A stretch of 52,499 nt of DNA, from the NCBI GenBank assembly GCA_041288095.1, contig JBGGMJ010000009.1, positions 1-52,499 of the forward strand. The letters run 5' to 3'. Position 1 is the stretch's first letter; each line of letters opens with the position of its first letter. A program made the translations under genes and the position numbers. This document shows positions 9,781 through 19,713 of this stretch, piece after piece. This stretch comes from Myxococcota bacterium (GTDB lineage Bacteria; Myxococcota; XYA12-FULL-58-9; JALHOP01). The notes under the pieces were generated by a model that was not told where the DNA came from, did no database searches, and worked only from the letters and a program-made list of their open reading frames with translations.

Positions 9781-10122
9781 ATGTCGCGCGTGCAGGAGCA
9801 GCGCCACCACGTGCGACGGTCCACACCGCTGCGCTGTTGGCTCGTCGACGGCAAGGCCGAGCGGTTCGTGTCTCTTGCGGACTTGAGCTTGTCCGGCGCG
9901 CGTGTTTTGGCTGCTGCTCCACCCGAGGTCGGGGAGCGCGTGGTGCTGCGATTCAATTTACCGACGAGCCCGGTCCCCGTGGTCGCGAGTGCTCGCGTCG
10001 TCTGGCGCGCCGAAGGGTTTCGCGGCCGGGGCGGCGTGTTGGGGCTGGCGTTCGACTCGGTTAGCGAGGTAGCTGCGCTTTCGGCCTTCATCGACGACCG
10101 CGCGGCGTCAGAGGCCGTCTGA
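9781..10122 (+). CDS. PilZ domain protein
   Basis: RHHVR (RxxxR), DLSLSG (DxSxxG), ARVVW, GLAF; start placed at ATG 9781. Confidence 0.85.
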   Translation: MSRVQEQRHHVRRSTPLRCWLVDGKAERFVSLADLSLSGARVLAAAPPEVGERVVLRFNLPTSPVPVVASARVVWRAEGFRGRGGVLGLAFDSVSEVAALSAFIDDRAASEAV

Positions 10123-10128
10123 CTAGCG

Positions 10129-10863
10129 ATGCGCTACGGAATCTTCTCCGATGTCCACGGCAACCTCGAAGCGCTCGACGTCGCGCTGACCTGGCTGCTT
10201 GCCCAGAAGTGCGACGCCTATGTGTTCTTGGGCGACGCTGTCGGCTACGGCGCCAATCCCAACGAGGTCTGTGACCGCATCAGACCCATCGCCGACGTCG
10301 CCATCATCGGCAACCACGACGCGGCGGCCTGCGGGCGCATCGACTTCTCCGAGTACTACGACGCCGCCAAGCAAGCGCTGCAGTGGTCGGCGGAGAAGCT
10401 CACGCCGGAGAACCGTGCCTGGCTCGCAGGGCTGCCGTTCAAGGTCCGCCATGGCGAGATCGAGTTTTCGCATGGCTCACCGGTGCATCCGGAAGCGTTC
10501 GACTATCTGTTCGCGCCCGAGCAGGTCGAAGCGCTCGGCGGTCAGCTCTCGGAGCTCGCCCAGGTCACTTTCATCGGCCACTCGCACCTGACCATCTCGT
10601 TCTATATCGACGACGCGGCCATCGTGACGCCCGTCATCGCCGACGCCATCGACTGCACTGGTCCGCAAAAGACCATCATCACGGTGGGCAGCGTCGGCCA
10701 GCCGCGCGATCGCGACCCGCGCTCGTGTTGCGGCATCTACGACACCGATACGAAGGTCTTCACCTTCCAGCGCATGTCGTACGACGTGCTCGCCGCCCGT
10801 AAGAAGATCATCGACGCTGGTCTAGCACCCGTCTTTGGCGAGCGACTCTTGGTGGGCATGTAA
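10129..10863 (+). CDS. calcineurin-like metallophosphoesterase
   Basis: SDVHGN, GDAVGYG, GNHD, HGSP, GHSH, GSVGQPRD. Confidence 0.93.
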   Translation: MRYGIFSDVHGNLEALDVALTWLLAQKCDAYVFLGDAVGYGANPNEVCDRIRPIADVAIIGNHDAAACGRIDFSEYYDAAKQALQWSAEKLTPENRAWLAGLPFKVRHGEIEFSHGSPVHPEAFDYLFAPEQVEALGGQLSELAQVTFIGHSHLTISFYIDDAAIVTPVIADAIDCTGPQKTIITVGSVGQPRDRDPRSCCGIYDTDTKVFTFQRMSYDVLAARKKIIDAGLAPVFGERLLVGM

Positions 10864-10887
10864 CTTCTTCGGGTATGATCCGAACCG

Positions 10888-11742
10888 GTGAAGGTCAGAC
10901 GGCATGTGTTCTTGGTGTTGGTGCTGCTCGCCGCGGTTGGCGGCTGCAAGCGTACACCCTCGACCATCGTCATCACGCGCTTGCTTCTGAACCTGCCGCC
11001 CGAGCTCGAAGGCAACCGCGAGCTGCGTGAGGGGCTGCGCGCCGACCTCGTCGCCACGCTTGGCGCCGACAGCAGCACGCGCTTCAAGCCCGAGGAACGC
11101 GAGGGCACGCACACCCTGCGCGTCGAAGTCGCGACTCCCGTCCGCGATGACGTACGCAACCACCGGCCGGACGACGTTGGCGAGGTCGACGAGTCACCGA
11201 TGCAGCGGGTCCGCGTCGAGCTGCGGCCGCGGCCCGATGCCATGAGCTACGACGTCATCGGCTTGGCCCCAGCCACCAGCGACGTGCGTCACGATGCGGC
11301 GATGGCGTTCCAGGACGGCTGGTCCGTCAGCGTGAGCATGCGGCTGCTCGACCGCGGGCCGGACGCCGACCTCATCGGCGCTCTGAAGAGCACCGACGAG
11401 CGTTTGCAGCTCTTCGCGGTGCAACGCCTCGGCGAGCGCAAGACCAAGGCCGCTGTGCCCGCGCTCATCGCCTTGCTCGACGAGAAGACCAAACCCGAGC
11501 TTGCGCTGCGAGCAATTGGCGCGCTCATCGCCATCGGCGACCCCGCGGCGGCCGAACCGATGATCGAGCTGGCGCGCAACAAGGATCCGCAGTTCGTGCT
11601 GCAGGTCGTCTTTGCCCTGGGCTCACTCGGAGGGCCGACGGCCGAGGGCTACCTCGTGACGCTCGCGAGCGGGCATCCGGTGGAGGCGGTCCGGCGGGGC
11701 GCGGAAGATGCGCTCGCGGAGCTGGGGCGGAAGCGCCGGTAA
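10888..11742 (+). CDS. HEAT-repeat lipoprotein
   Basis: Lipobox-like VGGC after a hydrophobic stretch; C-terminal HEAT-like repeats. Confidence 0.75.
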   Translation: MKVRRHVFLVLVLLAAVGGCKRTPSTIVITRLLLNLPPELEGNRELREGLRADLVATLGADSSTRFKPEEREGTHTLRVEVATPVRDDVRNHRPDDVGEVDESPMQRVRVELRPRPDAMSYDVIGLAPATSDVRHDAAMAFQDGWSVSVSMRLLDRGPDADLIGALKSTDERLQLFAVQRLGERKTKAAVPALIALLDEKTKPELALRAIGALIAIGDPAAAEPMIELARNKDPQFVLQVVFALGSLGGPTAEGYLVTLASGHPVEAVRRGAEDALAELGRKRR

Positions 11743-11752
11743 TCCCCAAAAT

Positions 11753-11829
11753 GGGGACACCAACCATTTTTCCGCGTCTACTTGAATGTCGCTCCACCTG
11801 CCTTGCTCGGAAAAATGGTAAGTGTCCCC
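11753..11829. repeat. REP-like inverted repeat pair (22-nt arms, 33-nt spacer)
   Basis: GGGGACACCAACCATTTTTCCG (11753-11774) pairs with CGGAAAAATGGTAAGTGTCCCC (11808-11829) with 2 mismatches; the same motif occurs at 34477-34523. Confidence 0.8.
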
Positions 11830-11888
11830 GCACTTGCACCCGCCTCGCCCCTCAAGGCACCTTGGCGCCACCCATGCCGAGGTCCCAA

Positions 11889-12986
11889 ATGATGATCCGT
11901 CGCTTCCTGCCGCTGGTATTCCTCGCCGTCGTCGCCTGCGACACCGACAAGAAGCCCGACCAGCCGCCGGCGGTGCCGCCGCCCGTGCCCGCCGATCCGA
12001 CCCCCAATGACGTGGTCCCCCCGGTCGATGCGCCCAAGACCGCGGATCAAGACTGCGTCGGCCCCGACGCCACCGGGACGCCGAAGACCCATCAGTGGAA
12101 CGGCATCACCTGGGAAGAAAACGGCAGCACCCTCTCGTGGACCGGCCCGGCGCGCGACGCGGTCGTCGTTGGCACCGTCACCGACATCAAAGAGAGCTCC
12201 GAGGAGAACCTCGCGAACCTCAAGGCCTTCATCGCCTGGTTCAAGAAGAACAAGGTCGACATGATCATCGTCGACGGCGACTCGGGTACCACCCAGGCCG
12301 GCATCGAGAGCGCTCTCGATGTGCTCGCCGGCGCGCAAGTTCCGGTGTTCGTGATCATCGGCAACGGCGAAGGCCGCGTCGTCTACAAGACCGCTATGGC
12401 GGCCATCCAGCAGCGCTCGCCGCACGTATTCGACCTGGTGAAGGTGCGTCGCGTGCACACCCCGCAAGCGGACTTCGTCTCGCTCCCCGGTTACTTCAAC
12501 CCGGCGTTCATCCACGCCAAGGACGGCTGCCAGTATCATCCGGCCGATGTCGAGGCGACCGGCGCCATCATCAAAGCGGCGAAGAGCCCCGTGGTGCTGG
12601 TCTCGCACGGCGGCCCCAAGCAGAGCGGTCAGTACGGCGTCGACCTCACCACCGAAGGCAACCACGTCGGCGACCCCGACATGATCAAGCTCATGGCCGA
12701 GCACAAAGTGCTCTTCGGCATCTTCGGCAACATCCACGAGGCCGGCGGTCACGCGACCAACAGCGATGGCAGCGAGCTCATTCCGCCGAAGAAGATGGTC
12801 GACCAGCTCTATTTGAACCCGGGGCCCGCCGACGCCGTCACCTGGATGATGAACGACAAGAGCGAATCCGAAGGGATGGCCGCCATCATGACCATCTCGA
12901 AGGGCAAGGCGAGCTACGAGATCCTGCGCCGCGGCGGCAAGGCGGCGGTGGTCGCCAAGGCGAAGACCAAGAAGAAGGGGAAGTAG
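11889..12986 (+). CDS. lipoprotein with divergent metallophosphoesterase domain
   Basis: MMIRRFLPLVFLAVVAC lipobox, Pro-rich linker, motifs TDIKE, DGD, GNGE, SHG, GNIHE. Confidence 0.75.
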   Translation: MMIRRFLPLVFLAVVACDTDKKPDQPPAVPPPVPADPTPNDVVPPVDAPKTADQDCVGPDATGTPKTHQWNGITWEENGSTLSWTGPARDAVVVGTVTDIKESSEENLANLKAFIAWFKKNKVDMIIVDGDSGTTQAGIESALDVLAGAQVPVFVIIGNGEGRVVYKTAMAAIQQRSPHVFDLVKVRRVHTPQADFVSLPGYFNPAFIHAKDGCQYHPADVEATGAIIKAAKSPVVLVSHGGPKQSGQYGVDLTTEGNHVGDPDMIKLMAEHKVLFGIFGNIHEAGGHATNSDGSELIPPKKMVDQLYLNPGPADAVTWMMNDKSESEGMAAIMTISKGKASYEILRRGGKAAVVAKAKTKKKGK

Positions 12987-12988
12987 TC

Positions 12989-13261
12989 GTGGCCGACTCG
13001 CCGCTGTGGAAGCGCGTGAAAGAGCGCGCCAAGACCGTCGGCAAGAGCGCCATCGATGACTTGTTGGCGTCGGAGGAGAGCTCGTCGGCGGTTGGAGCGG
13101 CGGTGCGTCGCGTCCAGGAGAGCCGGGCCTTCATCGACGAAAACGCATCGCGCTTGCTCGGGGTCCTGGGCCTCGCGACGCAAGCCGACCTCGAGCGCGT
13201 CAGCAAGAAGGTCGGCCGTCTGCGCAAGCGGATGACCGCGCTCATCGATCGTTTGGGCTGA
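12989..13261 (+). CDS. small helical protein, possibly phasin-like
   Basis: GTG 2 nt after the upstream stop; LGLATQADLERVSKKV coiled-coil motif. Confidence 0.6.
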   Translation: MADSPLWKRVKERAKTVGKSAIDDLLASEESSSAVGAAVRRVQESRAFIDENASRLLGVLGLATQADLERVSKKVGRLRKRMTALIDRLG

Positions 13262-13268
13262 TGCCGTT

Positions 13269-13601
13269 CTAGCGGACGTCGCAGTCCGCCACGGCTAGTT
13301 GCTCGTCCAGCCAGGGGTCGAGCCGCACGACGCGGCAAGGCTCCCCCGCGCGGGTCCGGGGCACCGGGGTCTCGCCGCGCAAGAGCCGGTAGCGCTCGCC
13401 GTCCGTACCTTCACGTGCGACGTGCAGCGCTATGCGCAAGCGCTCGACGTCCGCCTTGTCGAGCCGGCCACGCGCACGCTCGGCCTCGATGCGCTCCTCG
13501 GCGACCCGATAACGATCACGCGCCGTTGGTTCGGGAGACCGGGTCAACAGGACCCCGACCAGCACCAACGCCGCCGCGAGCATGAGCAACACCGAGCGCA
13601 C
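13269..13601 (-). CDS. hypothetical membrane-anchored protein
   Basis: N-terminal hydrophobic helix; fills the gap between genes. Confidence 0.55.
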   Translation of the reverse strand: MRSVLLMLAAALVLVGVLLTRSPEPTARDRYRVAEERIEAERARGRLDKADVERLRIALHVAREGTDGERYRLLRGETPVPRTRAGEPCRVVRLDPWLDEQLAVADCDVR

Positions 13602-13675
13602 GTTTCCGTCTTCGCGTGTCGTTGCCGGCTTGGCAAGTCGAGCGACTCACGTTAAACAACCCGCTCGAGCCAATC

Positions 13676-14041
13676 ATGACGACCCCCCGCCGTGTACTCG
13701 TGATCGAGGATAACCTCGATGCCGCCGAGAGTTTGCGCCTTTGGCTCGAGCTTGCCGGGCATCATGTTGCTGTCGCGCACAGTGGCGAAGAGGGCTTGTC
13801 CCGCGCCACGGAAGTGACGCCCGAAATCGTCCTTTGTGACCTCGGGCTCCCCGCGGGCATGAGCGGCCTCGACGTCGCGCGCGAGCTGCGCGCCCGACAC
13901 GCCGACACCATCGCCCTCGTCGCCCTCACCGGGCACTCCGGCGCCGACATCCTGCGTGAGGTCAAAGAGGCGGGCTTCGACATGCACGTGGTCAAGCCCA
14001 TCGATCCCGCCATCATCTCGAAGCTCGTCGAGCAGGTCTAA
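13676..14041 (+). CDS. single-domain response regulator
   Basis: VLVIEDN, LCDLGLP, ALTG, GFDMHVVKP. Confidence 0.9.
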   Translation: MTTPRRVLVIEDNLDAAESLRLWLELAGHHVAVAHSGEEGLSRATEVTPEIVLCDLGLPAGMSGLDVARELRARHADTIALVALTGHSGADILREVKEAGFDMHVVKPIDPAIISKLVEQV

Positions 14042-14063
14042 CGCTCGTGCGCGGTCGCCGCGC

Positions 14064-15482
14064 TCAGGGCGGGCGGCCGGTGTCCGACAAGCCGCGCTGG
14101 CCCCATACCTCGCGCCGCGGCACCTTCACGGCGGCATCGTGCTCGAACACGTGGTCGGCTCCGACGCCGTTGAGCGCGGCGACGCGCTCGATCTGCCAAG
14201 CGGACGGGTGGCGAAAGAGCAGGGAGCCAAGTGACTCGCCCGCGTGCGCCACGATGATGCGCAGGCGCACGATGGGAAGGCTTGCGACATCGGTCGTGTT
14301 TGCTTCACGCAGCGAAGCGATGGTGGTGGCGAAGCTCGGCGCGCAGGTCGCGGCGTTCTCGACAGGCCAAGCGCCGCTCAAGATGCGTGAGCGCGTTTCG
14401 TCGCCGAACACCACGAGCTCGACGTGGATGCCCGCGGCTTCGGCGCGACTGCGGGCCACCTTGCCTGGAAGCCTCCGCAGCGACTCTTCTACGGCGACCG
14501 GCTCGACCGATCCGTCGCCACCGTTGCGGCCCACGACCTCGTCGGGAGAGCCTTCGGCGGTACTTCCTTCGAGCAAGACCGTGCAGCCGTCGCCGCTCGA
14601 GACCAGCACGGGGCCGTCGCGCTCGGTTTGCCAGCCCGCCGGGACCTCGTAGGTCACGCCAAAACGCGGATGGATGACTTTCGACGCCACCGCCGCGCCG
14701 TCCAGGGGATGGTCGTCCATCACCAGGCCGTCTAGCATCGGTAGGAGGGTGGGATGCTCGGCGGCAGCCGTCGGCAAGCGCAGCTCCGCGATGCGCTCGC
14801 CCATGCGCCGGGATCTGTCCGCGACCGGCGGGTGATCGTCGAGCCAGCTCGTCGATTGCGCGGCCACGTAGGCTTCGAGTCGGCGCAGCACGTGTGTGAG
14901 CGATAGCGGATCATAGCCCGCTGCCGCCGCCAGCTCGACGCCCGCTTCGTCGGCGCGGCGCTCTTGCGCGCGGGAGATGGGAGCCAACGCGACGACGCGC
15001 GCGGTGGTATTGGTCGCGTCGGCGACGCGGTTGCCGACGCTCGGCTTGATGAGCCCGAGGAGCTTGCGCAGCGTCTTGCTGAGCGCGTCGAACGGAGCCG
15101 AGGCGATCTCGCGCTTCTTGCCGTGATTGGCGGCGATGTGACCGGTCTCGTGGCCCAACACCGAGGCCAGCTCGCCTTCGTCGTTCAACAGCGCCAGCAG
15201 GCCGCGGCTCACGAACACCGCGCCGCTATCGAGCGCGTAGGCGTTTGGCTCCTCGCTGTTCAGCACCGAGAAGCTCACCTGCGGGAACCCCAAGCCGTTC
15301 CCCACGCTCTGCATGTAGCCGGCGAGGGGCTCGTCACCGAGCAGGCCGATGTCACGGTCGACGCGTTGTAGCGCCTCGTTGCGCGCGATGATGTCGTTCT
15401 GCGACAGGCGCACGGCGAAGCGCGCGGTCCCCGACGAGGCGCAACCGCAGAGCAACAGGGCGGCGAGCGCCAAACGAGTCAT
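14064..15482 (-). CDS. M48 family zinc metalloprotease lipoprotein
   Basis: MTRLALAALLLCGC lipobox, PNAYA, HETGH (HExxH), QERRAD, DHPPVADR; start at ATG 15482. Confidence 0.88.
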   Translation of the reverse strand: MTRLALAALLLCGCASSGTARFAVRLSQNDIIARNEALQRVDRDIGLLGDEPLAGYMQSVGNGLGFPQVSFSVLNSEEPNAYALDSGAVFVSRGLLALLNDEGELASVLGHETGHIAANHGKKREIASAPFDALSKTLRKLLGLIKPSVGNRVADATNTTARVVALAPISRAQERRADEAGVELAAAAGYDPLSLTHVLRRLEAYVAAQSTSWLDDHPPVADRSRRMGERIAELRLPTAAAEHPTLLPMLDGLVMDDHPLDGAAVASKVIHPRFGVTYEVPAGWQTERDGPVLVSSGDGCTVLLEGSTAEGSPDEVVGRNGGDGSVEPVAVEESLRRLPGKVARSRAEAAGIHVELVVFGDETRSRILSGAWPVENAATCAPSFATTIASLREANTTDVASLPIVRLRIIVAHAGESLGSLLFRHPSAWQIERVAALNGVGADHVFEHDAAVKVPRREVWGQRGLSDTGRPP

Positions 15483-15489
15483 CGGCGTT

Positions 15490-16764
15490 TTACTCGTCGA
15501 CGAAGATCTCGAAGTCACCGGAGTTGGCGGTGAGCTCCTTGCGCGCGCCTTGCAGAGCCTCGTTGGTCTCACGCAGGCGGCCGGACAACACCTGCACGAA
15601 GCTCCACAAGAGCTTGGTGGCGATGACCGGTTCCGTTCGAATGACACCGAAGAACTCGTCTCGGCGCATGGCGAGCAGGTTGCAGTCGCCGTTGGCGACG
15701 ATGGTTGCCGAGCGCATGGCGTTGTCGATGAGCGCCATCTCGCCGATGTGCGCGCCTGCTTTGAGCGACGTGATCTGCTGTCCGCCTTTGAGGACATTCA
15801 CCTCGCCGGCGAGCACCACGTAGAGCTCATCGCCCGGTTCGCCTTCGCGGATGAACGTCTCGCCGCCTTTTACCTTCACGAGCTGCGTGAGGCCGACGAC
15901 CTTGACCAGCTCGTTGTAGGAGAGGTGCGCGAAGATCGGGATGCGCTTGAGGATGGCGATGCGCTGTTCGGCGGCGACGGCGGCGTCGGCCGGCGGCGGC
16001 GTGCCGCCCACGCGCATCACGATGCCGGTGAGGTTGTCGTGACCACCGCGCTCCATGGCGCGATCGATGAGGTTGTTGAGCGAGAGCTCGATGTCGGGCT
16101 CGCCGATGACCTTCGTGATCTCGGTCGGGTCGGCGTAGTAATTGTACAGGCCGTCCGAGCACATCAGGTACGTGTCGCCCGCGTCGATGTCGAAGATCAT
16201 GGTGTCGACGGGGACCGTGGGCTGCACGCCCAGGGCCCGTGACAAGACGTTGCCTTGCGGATGATTGCGAGCCTGCTCGCGCGAGAGGGCGCCGCGCTTC
16301 ACCAGCTCGTTGACGTAGGTGTGGTCGTCCGAGAGCTGATGCACCATGTTCTGGCGCACCACGTAGAGCCGGGAGTCGCCGACGTGGCCGAGGATGCCCT
16401 TGTTGTGACCGGCGATGAGGACCACGGTGCACGTCGTGCCCATGCCGGCGAGCTCGGGGTTGCGGCTCGCCTTCTTGTAGACCTCTTTGCAGGCGGTGTG
16501 GATGGCCGCCTCGACCATCTTGGCGACGGCTTTGACGTCGCTGGACTTACCGCTGGCCAAGAACTTCTCGCGCGTCTTCCCCGCGCTTGCGATTTCCCGC
16601 GTGATGACCTCGCAGGCTGTCTTGCTTGCGACCTCGCCGGCGGAGTGGCCGCCCATGCCGTCGCAAACGATGAACAGTCCGAGGTTCGGATCAGCGAAGA
16701 AATTGTCCTCGTTGTTGGTGCGCACTCGACCGACGTCAGTGCGCGTGGCGACCCGCAAATCCAT
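15490..16764 (-). CDS. PP2C-family Ser/Thr phosphatase fused to a cyclic nucleotide-binding domain
   Basis: NEDN, CDGMGGH, HVGDSR, CSDGL, GGHDN; C-terminal GEMALIDNAMRSA. Confidence 0.92.
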   Translation of the reverse strand: MDLRVATRTDVGRVRTNNEDNFFADPNLGLFIVCDGMGGHSAGEVASKTACEVITREIASAGKTREKFLASGKSSDVKAVAKMVEAAIHTACKEVYKKASRNPELAGMGTTCTVVLIAGHNKGILGHVGDSRLYVVRQNMVHQLSDDHTYVNELVKRGALSREQARNHPQGNVLSRALGVQPTVPVDTMIFDIDAGDTYLMCSDGLYNYYADPTEITKVIGEPDIELSLNNLIDRAMERGGHDNLTGIVMRVGGTPPPADAAVAAEQRIAILKRIPIFAHLSYNELVKVVGLTQLVKVKGGETFIREGEPGDELYVVLAGEVNVLKGGQQITSLKAGAHIGEMALIDNAMRSATIVANGDCNLLAMRRDEFFGVIRTEPVIATKLLWSFVQVLSGRLRETNEALQGARKELTANSGDFEIFVDE

Positions 16765-16774
16765 CCCGGAGACT

Positions 16775-19708
16775 CTAATCCCGGGTCGTGGATGCGGACA
16801 AGCTTCGTGTAAGACTTGCGCGGTATCGGTTCATTTGAGTGACGGCCTTGGCGTAGGCGCCATCGGCGTACGCGGCCCGAGCGCGGTAGTACGCGATGGC
16901 CGGGGACTGTTCGGCGTCAGGGACCGCCTCGTCGGCGCGTGTCAGGGCGACCCCGGCGTCCTCGTAGCGGCCGTTTTGATAGAGCAGGTAGCCGTAGAGT
17001 AGGCCGTAAGCGGCGTTTTCCCGGGTCAGCTCGGGCTTGGCGACGAGGTCCGCGAGGGCGGTGCGGATATCGCTTCGCGCCGTGGCAACGACACGCACGT
17101 AGTTGGCATCGTTCACGGCGGTCGGGTCGACCGGTTCCACTTCGTCGATGTCGCTCTCGAGAAACATGGCGATCTCGGCGACGCGTCGGGCCTCGGTTTG
17201 CACGGCCGAGCTGCCTCCAGCGATGCCCTCGCGAGCCGACTCCATGGTGTCGAGCGCATCCGCCAAGAGGCCCTTCGTCAGATAGGCGCGGGCCAAGGGG
17301 ACGGCACGCTCGGCCCAGCGCTTCTCGTCTTGGTCGGCCACCATCCGCTGGATGAGCCGGCCTCGCTTGCCGCGCGACGCGGATAGCCAGGGGAGCTCGG
17401 CGTCTTTGTCGGCGTACTCGAGCAGATCGCGCGGCGCCCCGAACTCGATGAACGCGTTGTCGTCGGTGTTTTCCGGGGTCGTGTCCGCTATAGCGGTAAG
17501 CTCGTCGTTCCCCGCGAGCAAAAGAGCGGCGAGCTCGTAGGGATCGTGCAGCTCGGCGCGATTGAGCTCCGCCGTCCACGTCGTGAAACGCTGCTCGAGG
17601 CGTTCCCAGTCGATGGCCACGGGACGATGTCCACCAACGAGCAGCAGATCGTTCGAGTCCGCGTGCGCGGTGAACACATAGACATGCGGAAAGACCGCGT
17701 GGAACGTCTTGAGAATGGCGCCGATGCGCTCGGGGGCGAGCTCGTAGATCTGCAACCACTGCAGGAAGAGGCCGTCCTCGGGATCGATGCGGCTCGCGGC
17801 GAGGGTGAAAAACTCGCGGGTGAAGAGGCTCGCGGCCCCCGCCATCCAAGGGTTCGAAGGCTCCGAGACGATGACGTCGAAGCCCGAGGCGTTGCGGCGC
17901 AGGAAGTTGCGGCCGTCGTCTTCGACGATGGTCAGTCTCGGGTCGTTCCAGGGCGCGTGATTTTCGTTCGCGAAGTGATGGGCGCCGGCGATGACCTCGC
18001 GCTCGATGTCGATGAGCGTGACATGGTCAGGGTCTCCTTGGAGCGCGCCGCCGACTGTAACGCCCGTGCCGCAGCCGATGACCGCGACGTTCTTCGGGTT
18101 CGGGTGCAGCATCATCGGCAAGAGCCCGCTCAAGATCTGCGTCGGCATGTCCCCGACGCTCGAGCCGTCTACTTTGCCGTCGACCTTGATCCAACGAACG
18201 TCGTCTTCCGACTCGACGGTCACGGTCGAGGAGAGACCGTCGGCGTGGAACAAGATCTCGGCGACCTCGAATTCGTCCTTGAGGTACTCGCGCGTCATCG
18301 AGGGCCGATAGACGCCGGCGGTCCAGCGGCCGATGTCCCAGCTCTTCCAGACCAAGATCAGGGCCGCGGCCACCACCGCCGCCCCGACGAGCGTGCGCCG
18401 CCGCTCCTTGCCGATGAAGCTCTCGGAGCGCAGGGCGAGGACCACCGCCCCGACGACGTAACCGAGCGCCGCGACGCGCATGCCGCGCTCGATGCCGAAC
18501 GCCGGGATGAGCACGAAGACGCTCGCGAACGAGCCGACGATGGCACCGACGGTGTTCACGGCGTAGGCAATCCCCACGGCGCTGCCGAGCTTTTCGGAGC
18601 TTGCAACCACGGCGGTGATGCTCAGCGGGAAGATGGCGCCCATGGCGATGGTCGCGGGCAAGAGGCATAGGGCGGCCAGCCCGAACTCGGTGGCGAATAG
18701 GCCCCCGAGCGTGAGCCCCTGATCGAGGATGACCCAGCGGAGCATTGGCGGGAGGTCGTCGACGATGGCGATGCCCATCATGGACGCCAAAGCGGTCGCG
18801 AGCAGGACGCAGGCGAGCGCGAAACGCAGGGCTCGCGTACCGTCGGCGATGCGCGAGGCAATCGCGCCACCCAGTCCCAGGCCGGTGAGATAGACACAGA
18901 CGATGGCCGAGAACGCGTACGTCGACGGGCCGAGCGCGGTCGAGATGGCGCGGGTCCACAAGACCTGCAACGCCATCGCGGACGCACCCGTGAGCGCCAG
19001 TACCGCGACGATGTCTCGAGCTCCGGCGCGGATGCTGCGGCTGCCGGCCAGCGGATCGGGCTCCTTCACCGCCACCTCGGGCGCGCGCATGCCGAAGTAG
19101 AGCGCGGTCGCGCCGACGAGGACGTCGATACCCACGGCGATGAGGTTGGCTCCCGAGCGGCCGAGCGATGGGATCCACCAGAAACCCGCGCATGCCGCGC
19201 CAAGCACGGCTCCCGCGATGTTGATGGCGTAGAGCGTCCCGACTTCGCGGCCGATGGTGCCGATGCGCTCGGTGACCGCCTTGGCGAGGATCGGCAGGGT
19301 CGCGCCCATGAGCGTCGTCGGCACCACGAGGACGAGCACGGCGACGAGGAAGCGGGTGAGCGCCCGCAGGAAGCCGCTCGAGAGATCCCCGAAGAGCGCC
19401 GCGTCGACGTTCGGCACCGCGAGGGCCCAGTGCGTGACCACGAGCCCCGCCACCGCCACGGCGAGCTCCAGGAGGCCGTACGCCGCGAGCGGTCGCTTCA
19501 TGCGATCAGCGAGCTTGCCGCCGATGTGACTACCGAGCGCGAGACCGCCCATATAGGCGGCGGTGATGGTGGCGATGGCCACCGAGGTCGCGCCAATCGC
19601 GAGCCCCAAGTAGCGGGTCCACACCAGCTCGAAGGTGAGCCCGGCGACACCGGAGAGCAGAAAGGCCAGGCGAGCAAGCGTCCGCGTCATGGTCGCCGTG
19701 TTTGCCAT
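16775..19708 (-). CDS. fused multi-TM (MFS-like) / spermidine synthase-like protein with TPR-like tail
   Basis: SGVAGLTFELVWTR, many TM helices, VAVIGCGTGVT SAM-binding loop, DGRNFL, SEPSNPW; start placed at ATG 19708. Confidence 0.88.
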   Translation of the reverse strand: MANTATMTRTLARLAFLLSGVAGLTFELVWTRYLGLAIGATSVAIATITAAYMGGLALGSHIGGKLADRMKRPLAAYGLLELAVAVAGLVVTHWALAVPNVDAALFGDLSSGFLRALTRFLVAVLVLVVPTTLMGATLPILAKAVTERIGTIGREVGTLYAINIAGAVLGAACAGFWWIPSLGRSGANLIAVGIDVLVGATALYFGMRAPEVAVKEPDPLAGSRSIRAGARDIVAVLALTGASAMALQVLWTRAISTALGPSTYAFSAIVCVYLTGLGLGGAIASRIADGTRALRFALACVLLATALASMMGIAIVDDLPPMLRWVILDQGLTLGGLFATEFGLAALCLLPATIAMGAIFPLSITAVVASSEKLGSAVGIAYAVNTVGAIVGSFASVFVLIPAFGIERGMRVAALGYVVGAVVLALRSESFIGKERRRTLVGAAVVAAALILVWKSWDIGRWTAGVYRPSMTREYLKDEFEVAEILFHADGLSSTVTVESEDDVRWIKVDGKVDGSSVGDMPTQILSGLLPMMLHPNPKNVAVIGCGTGVTVGGALQGDPDHVTLIDIEREVIAGAHHFANENHAPWNDPRLTIVEDDGRNFLRRNASGFDVIVSEPSNPWMAGAASLFTREFFTLAASRIDPEDGLFLQWLQIYELAPERIGAILKTFHAVFPHVYVFTAHADSNDLLLVGGHRPVAIDWERLEQRFTTWTAELNRAELHDPYELAALLLAGNDELTAIADTTPENTDDNAFIEFGAPRDLLEYADKDAELPWLSASRGKRGRLIQRMVADQDEKRWAERAVPLARAYLTKGLLADALDTMESAREGIAGGSSAVQTEARRVAEIAMFLESDIDEVEPVDPTAVNDANYVRVVATARSDIRTALADLVAKPELTRENAAYGLLYGYLLYQNGRYEDAGVALTRADEAVPDAEQSPAIAYYRARAAYADGAYAKAVTQMNRYRASLTRSLSASTTRD

Positions 19709-19713
19709 GCCCT

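Noticed and set aside
11753-11829. Repeat-spacer-repeat with a 33-nt spacer as a mini-CRISPR
   Set aside because: Arms are inverted rather than direct, there is only one spacer, and no cas genes are present.
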